IMG/VR virus record: IMGVR_UViG_3300043568_000537
Coordinates: 1-54,463 of that record
Reading direction: 5' to 3' (one strand)
Length of the DNA stretch: 54,463 nucleotides
Origin: a virus
Lineage: Duplodnaviria > Caudoviricetes
A program made the translations under genes and the position numbers. Below are positions 17,951 to 25,474 of this stretch, in pieces. The stretch's first letter is position 1. Each line of letters starts with the position of its first letter. The notes beneath the pieces are model-generated. The model was not told the origin of the DNA, made no database searches, and worked only from the letters and a program-made list of their open reading frames with translations.

Positions 17951-18967
17951 TTAAAATGGGAAATATGTTTTGTCATCCTTGTGGTATGTCATACAGTACT
18001 CACACATACCATCCTTGAGCTCATGCTCATAGTACTCTATTGCACAATTCCAACAGTCTCTTACCTTCTCACTGCCATATGACTTGCTGTATGTCTTGCC
18101 GTCATAAGACCAACCATCCCAATCATTATAAGTTGTGTCAGCTTTCTTTACACTATCCCAACCACCGTACCAATTACCCTTGCTAGCAGTTGGCTTGGCG
18201 TATGTCTTAGGCGTAAATTTGAACTCATATACCTTAGTGCATGATGACATGATAGAGTATACCATGTTGAGACAGTTCTCTACATCATTGAGGTTAATCA
18301 TCTCGTCATCCATGTGAGGATTGTAATACCCACAAGACATGTTAGCCACACATATACCTACACCACTCTGTGCCAGGGTATACACATCTGTCAGTCCGCC
18401 CGTAGATTCATTGTACCCATAGTTGTCAATGATAGGGGCAATGTCATTGTAGAACTCCTCACCATATAGGTCAGTGCCAAATATGTTATAGACAAAGTCA
18501 CTGTTACCCTTTCTGTCACACTGTAGTATAAACCGACAGTCATTGAAGAATGACAGGTCAGCTACACTACTACCTACACAGCCAACCTCCTCATCTCTGA
18601 AGAAGGCTGCCTTGCAATAATCTAATGACTCCAACATTGATAGGCATATGTATATACCAACCTTGTCATCACCACCTACGCCAGTAGGGCGCATGTTCTT
18701 GATGTCATATGCCATAGCTATGTTGTCATCATGTACCACCATGTAGTCCTGCGTGGGAATTATATCGTGGACAGTATCCGTATGTGATACGATACATGGA
18801 TACTTGCCATCGGTACTTACACCCTTAGTTACGTAGAGGTTGCCCTCATGTAATTCTACATCGTAGCCACGTTCAAGACACTTGTCAAGGATATATTCAA
18901 CCATTGAGTCAGTATTGTAGCTGACAGATTGAATGTTGAGAATCTCAAGGAATTGTTGATTAATCAT
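17951..18967 (-). CDS. M20/M28-family zinc peptidase
   Basis: SHTDTVH, GGDDKVG, DEEVGCVGS, QCDRKG, GLTDV and NMSCGYYNPH motifs; C-terminal CxxC...CxxC. Confidence 0.85.
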   Translation of the reverse strand: MINQQFLEILNIQSVSYNTDSMVEYILDKCLERGYDVELHEGNLYVTKGVSTDGKYPCIVSHTDTVHDIIPTQDYMVVHDDNIAMAYDIKNMRPTGVGGDDKVGIYICLSMLESLDYCKAAFFRDEEVGCVGSSVADLSFFNDCRFILQCDRKGNSDFVYNIFGTDLYGEEFYNDIAPIIDNYGYNESTGGLTDVYTLAQSGVGICVANMSCGYYNPHMDDEMINLNDVENCLNMVYSIMSSCTKVYEFKFTPKTYAKPTASKGNWYGGWDSVKKADTTYNDWDGWSYDGKTYSKSYGSEKVRDCWNCAIEYYEHELKDGMCEYCMTYHKDDKTYFPF

Positions 18968-20321
18968 TGTATACTTCTTTTGTTTCTACATCGCTGTAGC
19001 TGTTTTTTAAATAAAATCTGCCTGTTGTTTTGTCCGACACTGTATCTTCAGTAAGCGCCCACTTGCCATCCACTAACTGAACGCAGTCATCTATCAATGC
19101 ATACTCACCATCATGCAACTCAACTGCATCGTCATATGGTATAGCATCACCATTGACATCCCACACAATGTCATCAACATGGTAATACTCTGAGTGATGC
19201 TCAACATATACTATATGGTCAGAGTCGCTTGCGAAATGCTCACCACGGCTTGGCACATATACTGCGTCCTCGTCAAGCCTCCATCCCTCATATGTCTCTA
19301 CACATCTGTCATGATATGCATAGCCATCAACCCATCTGCCACTGCTACGCCTATAGTCAAGGTGTATAGCATCATCCTCATGTATCCTGTCTCCCGATAC
19401 AATACAAGTAACATGATTGGATGTGTCTTCCCATGAACCATCGGTCTCACGAAGTGTACGATAGTCACTGTTGGGCTCAAAGTTGCACAGCCTACCAGTA
19501 TCCTCACATAGAAACCTAAGCGAATCCATGTAAGGGTAGTAGCTATAATCCCAATTGCGTAGCGTAACACTTACATTACAACCACTACTAACGTGCTTAC
19601 CATTCATCATGTCAAAGTCATGGTGATGGCAAGACTGTGAAGACTTGTACCTCATACCATTACGGATGGCAAAGTCAGTGAAGATTGGCTGTAGGTGTTC
19701 GGCTGCATAGATTGTATCCATACACAGCCCTGTCTTGTCAGTATTCCATATCAATGCCCTGCCTGCAACCTTGTGGTCTTGGTCAATACACACAGCCATG
19801 GATATCTCGTCAGGGTTTTGCTTGTAGATATCAAAGAAGTCACTGTCCGAATGGCGCATACAGCTACCGGAAAGATTACCGCCTGCATGACAACTGTATT
19901 GGTCATTGGCATAGTACAATGGAATAAGACCGCCATTGCATACCACCATTGTAAAGATAGGATCACTACCGCCATCACCATCACCATGCACACCTACATA
20001 TGATGCGACAAGGTTGCTGAACTTCTCATAGTCAGAATCCTTGATAGCAAGGTGGTCTATCAAGACTTGGGGTATAACCTTGCGTATTACCCTGGCAGGC
20101 TTGCCGTCTTGCCTACCATCCCTACTCCACTTGCCGTCATCATTGACCTTGTGCTCTTTACCTGCCGGAAGGAAGGATACCATTCCCCCTCTCATGGTTA
20201 GGTAGTTGACCTCATCAGTCGTACAATTCATCGAATACTTTGTTAAGGCTCTTGCAATGTTACAGTCCAACTGTTCATGCAAGTAAGTGAGCATTGTTTG
20301 GAAACTACTGCTGTAATTCAT
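18960..20321 (-). CDS. Uncharacterised phage protein (SCM...GRALIW...MDTIY core plus acidic C-terminal repeats)
   Basis: 453-aa ORF overlapping the peptidase start; YPYMDS motif followed by short D-x-V repeats. Confidence 0.75.
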   Translation of the reverse strand: MNYSSSFQTMLTYLHEQLDCNIARALTKYSMNCTTDEVNYLTMRGGMVSFLPAGKEHKVNDDGKWSRDGRQDGKPARVIRKVIPQVLIDHLAIKDSDYEKFSNLVASYVGVHGDGDGGSDPIFTMVVCNGGLIPLYYANDQYSCHAGGNLSGSCMRHSDSDFFDIYKQNPDEISMAVCIDQDHKVAGRALIWNTDKTGLCMDTIYAAEHLQPIFTDFAIRNGMRYKSSQSCHHHDFDMMNGKHVSSGCNVSVTLRNWDYSYYPYMDSLRFLCEDTGRLCNFEPNSDYRTLRETDGSWEDTSNHVTCIVSGDRIHEDDAIHLDYRRSSGRWVDGYAYHDRCVETYEGWRLDEDAVYVPSRGEHFASDSDHIVYVEHHSEYYHVDDIVWDVNGDAIPYDDAVELHDGEYALIDDCVQLVDGKWALTEDTVSDKTTGRFYLKNSYSDVETKEVYND

Positions 20322-20343
20322 GGCGTTGATATTTGGTTTACAA

Positions 20344-20568
20344 TTAGAGAATCAATTTACTATTTCGTTCACGTAATGCCCTAGGATATCGGTTTTTGTG
20401 AAACCGACGATGAGCGTTTGTCGCGACCTTCGCCATCACAAAGAAGAATAGCAGGTCAACGATTGCCCATCCTAAGTATCGGATGTCAGCTACTGATAGA
20501 ATCAAGAGAATGAATAAAGCCATTCCCGATAGGATGGCCATTGTGTCAAGAAAGTCACGTTTGTTCAT
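20344..20568 (-). CDS. Small 2-TM membrane protein
   Basis: Two hydrophobic helices and a basic tail; TAAATTGC box upstream at 20587-20594. Confidence 0.55.
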   Translation of the reverse strand: MNKRDFLDTMAILSGMALFILLILSVADIRYLGWAIVDLLFFFVMAKVATNAHRRFHKNRYPRALRERNSKLIL

Positions 20569-20695
20569 GTGTGTTGAATTTAGATTGCAATTTAGCAATT
20601 ATTAATGAATAAAAGAAATAAAAATGTATATAACTTGCACAAAAAGGGCTGTGATAATAGCCACACCAATACATAGGGTGATTAACTTCTCTTGT

Positions 20696-20890
20696 CTAGT
20701 CATGTTGGTAAGTTTCTTGAATCCATCTGCCATCGACTAACCTTTCAATGGTATAGTCGCCATTGTACTGTCTGTTGCCTGCACTTGTGAGCCATACCCT
20801 AACATCTCCATCGTCAATCTTCAGCTCATCTCCATCCCAGGCTTGCTCGATTGTATCAAGCTGTCTTAGTTCTTGTCTTGTGTACTCCAT
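20696..20890 (-). CDS. Hypothetical early protein
   Basis: 64-aa ORF. Confidence 0.55.
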   Translation of the reverse strand: MEYTRQELRQLDTIEQAWDGDELKIDDGDVRVWLTSAGNRQYNGDYTIERLVDGRWIQETYQHD

Positions 20891-20897
20891 GTTGATT

Positions 20898-21314
20898 TTA
20901 ATATTTGAAAGTGATTGATGCGATTCTTTTGCCGTTTACCTTTATGAACCAATCTTCGGGATGGTAATGTTCAAAAGAGTATTCAGCCCCTAATGATTCC
21001 ATCAGTTCCATAAATTCATATCGAGTAGGACAGTCATCGTAAGCATGTATTGATAATGTCCCATCACAATTATATAGGATGTTGGCATTCTCAAAATGAT
21101 TAAAGATAGCCTCTTTTATATCATCATGCTTGTCCATGTTGACCATCTCTGATATTTTCTTGAGTGCATCTACCATCTCATTGTCGTTGTCGTATGGGAT
21201 TGAACGATACCCGCATACTTCTCCATGCCTATCCTCTACCCAAGCAGTAACAACCTTTGACCCTAAGTTTATTGATGCTATAACATCATTGCTGAATTTG
21301 AATTCAAGTTTCAT
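20898..21314 (-). CDS. Hypothetical early protein
   Basis: 138-aa ORF, tightly packed. Confidence 0.55.
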   Translation of the reverse strand: MKLEFKFSNDVIASINLGSKVVTAWVEDRHGEVCGYRSIPYDNDNEMVDALKKISEMVNMDKHDDIKEAIFNHFENANILYNCDGTLSIHAYDDCPTRYEFMELMESLGAEYSFEHYHPEDWFIKVNGKRIASITFKY

Positions 21315-21325
21315 CTCAATTTATT

Positions 21326-21541
21326 TTAGTTTTTAAATTCATATATATCTAAAAGTGCATAGGCGTACTCAAGTACCAAGTACAGCAGGTCAGAGTCTGA
21401 CATTTGTGCTAGCTTTAGGTACTTCTCACCATTTGACAAGTCGCCATAAATATCTAACTTCAATGCAGCGTTGTACAGCTCTTGCCTAACAGATATCTCT
21501 TCGCTTAACCTGTGCTTTACAATTACATCCCTTAATCCCAT
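21326..21541 (-). CDS. Hypothetical early protein
   Basis: 71-aa ORF. Confidence 0.5.
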   Translation of the reverse strand: MGLRDVIVKHRLSEEISVRQELYNAALKLDIYGDLSNGEKYLKLAQMSDSDLLYLVLEYAYALLDIYEFKN

Positions 21542-21542
21542 C

Positions 21543-21725
21543 TTATTTATTATTTACAGATTCTTCAATGGCTGCTGCTATACAGCTGATAACTAAAACG
21601 GCTATTGTGAATGCCCCTCTACCACCATTACCCCAATTGGATGGGTTAGGTACGAATGATATGAAAGCAATTATCAAGTAAAGGGAGATGAGGACAATCA
21701 GTAGGATTGCTATGAACTTATGCAT
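21543..21725 (-). CDS. Small 2-TM membrane protein
   Basis: TM, NPSNW...R, TM pattern. Confidence 0.55.
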   Translation of the reverse strand: MHKFIAILLIVLISLYLIIAFISFVPNPSNWGNGGRGAFTIAVLVISCIAAAIEESVNNK

Positions 21726-21930
21726 ACAACCCCCTTTCTACAGCTTGCATTGCTGTTTTAAGTTCAAATGCCTTGTAGTTTGCCCATGCTTCAGCCAACT
21801 TCTCTTTAGGATCGGTTGCTTCTGACAATTCGTACCACTTGCTGATTAGAGCCTCTGTTGTACTCTTCTTGGCTACCACCACCTTGCCACTATAGACAAG
21901 AGTTGATGTCTTTTTGATTCTACTTCTCAT
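21718..21930 (-). CDS. Small basic early protein
   Basis: 70 aa; ACAACACA before ATG, similar to the start context of 22819-23211. Confidence 0.55.
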   Translation of the reverse strand: MRSRIKKTSTLVYSGKVVVAKKSTTEALISKWYELSEATDPKEKLAEAWANYKAFELKTAMQAVERGLYA

Positions 21931-21982
21931 TGTGTTGTTGTTCAGATGTACTGCTGTCCACCAGTATGTTGATGATTAAAAA

Positions 21983-22028
21983 TAGGTATAGGGTGGGGAG
22001 TTGAACCCCACCTACGACCATCCTATAC
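21983..22028 (-). ncRNA. Minimal tRNA-like element (acceptor stem plus T-arm, no anticodon arm)
   Basis: Minus strand GTATAGG-ATGGTCGTAG-GTGGGG-TTCAACT-CCCCAC-CCTATAC-CTA. Confidence 0.65.
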
Positions 22029-22029
22029 T

Positions 22030-22762
22030 TTTAAAGGTTATTCACGCGTGATTTGTCAGTTATGTAGCAACATCCCGTTGCCCATAGTATTTTACTCCCT
22101 GCTTAATCAACATACAACGCCCACTTATAGCGTTGAATGGCTTTCGTCCAGGAGGGGTCAATTACAGCTATTTGATAGCTACAGCGGACCCGAACCCGCT
22201 TATACACATTTACCACAATCCCTTAAAATGTGCGAAAATTACATGGATTTTCCTTGCAAAAGTATAACTTCACGAAAGGCTTCAACTTAACGCCAATCAT
22301 GTTTCCACCTTGCACCCAAACTGCAAAGCTGTTTATCTCTAATGCCCACTTGGAAATATATTAGTACAGACCCATCCACATTTGGCACAGCATTTCGCTG
22401 TATGTGAATATTGGGTTAAACGTCCTTTGACCTATCAATTTTTGCTACTATTCTACCTTTGCCGTAAACTACATACATTACATGATGTAGAAACATCCAC
22501 ACTAAACTTTCTACATGGGATAGGACTTAACTTCTCGCCCATTATGGGATATGCCCAAAGTTTACTGCAAAAGCTACCAAATAGTTGCAAACATTACCCC
22601 ATACAATGCCTTTCGCTATTGTATGGCTTTTGATAGGCGAAGCATTGCGTAATCCGCCTAATATACGTTTGGCACTCAAATTCCAGGCTACACTAATGTA
22701 CATACTACCCCACCCCCACTTAGGATCGCGGATGATGAGAGTTTTTCGCGGAGGAAAAACAA
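22030..22762 (-). ncRNA. Candidate large structured non-coding RNA (about 730 nt)
   Basis: No minus-strand ORF of 60 aa or more in an otherwise gene-dense block; more than ten local stems plus nested long-range pairings; GAAA-containing loops on the minus strand. Confidence 0.6.
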
Positions 22763-22766
22763 AATG

Positions 22767-22792
22767 AAAAAAGGGGCAGTTATAAGCTGCCC
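22767..22792 (-). terminator. Intrinsic terminator after the first early gene
   Basis: Minus strand GGGCAG-CTTATAA-CTGCCC-C-TTTTTT. Confidence 0.7.
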
Positions 22793-22818
22793 AACCTTGT
22801 TAAGGTATTAATATTAAT

Positions 22819-23211
22819 TTACTTTTTTGTAGCGTAGTAACGCTTGATTAATCCCAATACTAACCAAGTAGAAAAGCCCTTTGTATCGCTGTAAACTATT
22901 TCTTTTTCGTTTCTTAATGGGATTAAGTTTGTAGGGGTTAGGTCTTTTTCATTGTAGTTTTTGAATGAACTTAGGAACTTACCATCTGACAATTTGATGG
23001 CTGTAATACATGAGGAAATTGACCTTAGCTTTAATTTAGCATCCCTATTTTGAACGCTTTTGAATTGTTGTAATTCCCTTCCCGATACATTTTCGGCAAG
23101 GAAAATAATTTTTTCGCTTTTCTTAACAGCTGTTTTTTCGCTTTTCGCTTTGCTGTTTCCTTTCGCTGTTGCTGTTGCTTTGCTGTTTTTTGTTGCTGTT
23201 GCTGTGCTCAT
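22819..23211 (-). CDS. Basic 130-aa protein, first gene of the leftward unit
   Basis: N-terminal repeat ATATKNSK/ATATAKGNSK, Lys-rich, C-terminal FSTWLVLGLIKRYY. Confidence 0.75.
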   Translation of the reverse strand: MSTATATKNSKATATAKGNSKAKSEKTAVKKSEKIIFLAENVSGRELQQFKSVQNRDAKLKLRSISSCITAIKLSDGKFLSSFKNYNEKDLTPTNLIPLRNEKEIVYSDTKGFSTWLVLGLIKRYYATKK

Positions 23212-23300
23212 TGTGTTGAATTTAAAAATTAATGAATAAATGAATAAAAAATATATGTAATAATATACAATTAATGTAGACTGAAAATGAACGCCAATAT

Positions 23301-23495
23301 TTCAAAGAACTTTCGCACAATTCAAAGGGCTTGCCTTGTCGCTGTTGTATGGCATTTCGCCACATATTCAACAGCTATTGAACTACTGAAAAACCAGTTA
23401 ATCGGGTATAAAATTTTAGGCATAGCAATGCCATTACGTTTTCACGTTTCTTTTATTTTTCATACCCTTTAAAGAACTAAGCAAAAATATGCTTA
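23301..23495 (-). promoter_or_regulatory. Structured leader with two boxA-like antitermination sites
   Basis: Hairpin TAAGCA/TGCTTA (23478-23495) then GTTCTTTAAA (23468-23477); second GTTCTTTGAA at 23301-23310; TATCTTCG box at 23499-23506. Confidence 0.5.
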
Positions 23496-23759
23496 CAGCG
23501 AAGATATAATTAATAATTGGATTAATATGTATAATTGTAAAGTATTATTGCAACATTGTTGCAAATATGTAAACTATCTACGAAAACGATTTCGTAAATT
23601 TATTTGGTTATGTCGTTACAATTTTGTAAGCAATTTATACATAATACATTGTACTTTTTTTCTCATGTGGCGAATAGGTAAGGGATGCAAATGTATTGCA
23701 TGGGATAGGAACGCTTCTATCATGTACAAAGTACGCAAACTGAATATCCCACCATAAAC

Positions 23760-23808
23760 AGTCTATTAATTTTGTAGACTAATAATAGTCTATTGATCTT
23801 GTAGACTA
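23760..23808. repeat. Two tandem interrupted palindromes AGTCTA-N9-TAGACT
   Basis: AGTCTATTAATTTTGTAGACT (23760-23780) and AGTCTATTGATCTTGTAGACT (23787-23807). Confidence 0.8.
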
Positions 23809-23871
23809 AGGTACTCGGTTAGGGAGATCCGTTTTCCTGGAATGATCGGGGCGGAAAAAAAAATAGGGGTC

Positions 23872-23919
23872 CCTTACGACATTACACCCCTTATTCATTA
23901 TTTCCTTACGACATTACAC
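23872..23919. repeat. 16-bp perfect direct repeat, 32-bp period
   Basis: CCTTACGACATTACAC at 23872-23887 and 23904-23919. Confidence 0.85.
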
Positions 23920-24084
23920 ACCTATTTTACATATTATACCCCAACCACTTTACAGATTATATACTCTGTAGGAGGTGTATAATATAATTAAGAAGAAAAC
24001 CTCATAACTAACTGACAATCAATACTAGGATTCCCTAATAGGGGGATTAAATCCTTGGATAGGTAAAAAACACTACATTTGGTC

Positions 24085-24573
24085 ATGACTAAAAAGCACG
24101 AAGAATACCTGTACAACCCATACAAGATTAATGGGATTATAGAAAGGATGTACACTACCAAGACAGATGAGACATTGACTGTTGACCCCGACACTGGACA
24201 GTACTATACGATGAAGAAGGTTAGCCAAAACAAGAGGCTACTGCACGACTCATTTGTGTACACCAAACTGTTTCAAGATAGCGTACCTATTCTTATGGGT
24301 TTATCGCACTCTTCTCTTAGGATTATACTATATGCCATGAGTGTGGTTAGACCATTAAGCGAATGTGTTATGCTACATGCTCCTGACGTGTGTGTAGTAT
24401 GCGGAATAGCAGAAAAAACATTCTACAATAACATTACTGAGCTGTTAGATAAGAGGATACTGTCAAGAAAGCTTGGGTCTTCTATAGAGTTCTGGTTTGA
24501 TCCGAACCTGTTCTTTAATGGTAACAGGGTTAAGGTTACAGACCAAAGATTATCTAGTCTAAAAACAAGCTAA
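24085..24573 (+). CDS. RepL-like winged-helix DNA-binding protein
   Basis: TVDPDTGQ, YTKLF, HTH region EKTFYNNITELLDKRIL and FWFDPNLFFNGNR. Confidence 0.65.
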   Translation: MTKKHEEYLYNPYKINGIIERMYTTKTDETLTVDPDTGQYYTMKKVSQNKRLLHDSFVYTKLFQDSVPILMGLSHSSLRIILYAMSVVRPLSECVMLHAPDVCVVCGIAEKTFYNNITELLDKRILSRKLGSSIEFWFDPNLFFNGNRVKVTDQRLSSLKTS

Positions 24574-24582
24574 TTTTGGGGG

Positions 24583-25197
24583 ATGAAATATGAGATACCC
24601 AATGAGTTCAAACAGTTTGTTGCTAACGTAAGGAGGAGGTGCAGTGCCAATAGGATAGAACTTGTCCTATCTCCTTCAAGGAATGTTGTCATAACAGACA
24701 GCTTCTCTACAGACTGTTCGGGGTATTTTGATGATGTAAATAGAACTCTAGTGGTAGCCTGTGGCAAACCATTTGAAGAATGGATAGAGATACTCGTGCA
24801 CGAGTACTCACACATGCAGCAATGGCTAAGTGACGAAAGGTGGTCTCACTGGAGTGATTGTTGCTTTGATTTATGGGCATTCTTAGATGGGGAGAAGGTA
24901 ATGAATACCCAACAGCTTACTAAGGTCATTGATGGCATGATTGAGCTTGAAAGGGATTGTGAGGTTAGGGCATTAGAGAATATAAGGTATTGGAAGCTAC
25001 CTATAAACAAGTCTAGGTATGGCAGGAAGGCTAATCTGTACCTATACAGCTATAGAGCAATGCCTATAATGAAGAAGTTCCCTACGGGGCTGTACGACAA
25101 CAAGGAGCTTATAAGCATGTGCCCTACACGTATTAAGAAAAACTATAATGTGATACCCCAAGAGGTGCTAGATCTGATAGTAAAAACTTACACATAA
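24583..25197 (+). CDS. HEXXH zincin metallopeptidase-like protein
   Basis: ILVHEYSHMQQW with downstream ELERDCE. Confidence 0.7.
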   Translation: MKYEIPNEFKQFVANVRRRCSANRIELVLSPSRNVVITDSFSTDCSGYFDDVNRTLVVACGKPFEEWIEILVHEYSHMQQWLSDERWSHWSDCCFDLWAFLDGEKVMNTQQLTKVIDGMIELERDCEVRALENIRYWKLPINKSRYGRKANLYLYSYRAMPIMKKFPTGLYDNKELISMCPTRIKKNYNVIPQEVLDLIVKTYT

Positions 25198-25228
25198 GTT
25201 TCTTATTTTTGTTATAAATAACGTAAAA

Positions 25229-25363
25229 ATGAAAAATTCAATGACAGGGTACGGAGCAAAGACAGCAACTAAGGCAGCGCCAAAAAGTGCAAAGAAGTTA
25301 ACCAAGGCGGCAGCCAAGGAGAAGTTTATGCAGATGATTAATGCAAAGAAGAAAAAGAAGTAA
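25229..25363 (+). CDS. 44-aa Lys/Ala-rich peptide (not in ORF track)
   Basis: MKNSMTGYGAKTATKAAPKSAKKLTKAAAKEKFMQMINAKKKKK, after a TATTTTTG box at 25204-25211. Confidence 0.6.
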   Translation: MKNSMTGYGAKTATKAAPKSAKKLTKAAAKEKFMQMINAKKKKK

Positions 25364-25474
25364 TTGGAAGGAAACGTATCTATATCACCCATCAACAGAC
25401 AGTTCATTGCATCGCAAGGAATTATTAAAGGGGTGGGTAGTAGATTGTCAAATCGCAAAAAATCAAATAAAGAA

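Noticed and set aside
21983-22028. A functional tRNA gene
   Set aside because: There is no D-stem or anticodon arm and only about 45 nt; reported as a tRNA-like element instead.
22030-22762. Group I or group II intron
   Set aside because: It does not interrupt a gene and I found no group II domain V or clear group I core motifs.
22048-22767. Plus-strand ORFs 22048-22290, 22382-22633 and 22585-22767
   Set aside because: They run against the local transcription direction, have poor starts and atypical composition, and coincide with the structured region.
23760-23919. CRISPR mini-array
   Set aside because: Only two copies of each repeat, separated by about 6 and 16 nt, and no cas genes.
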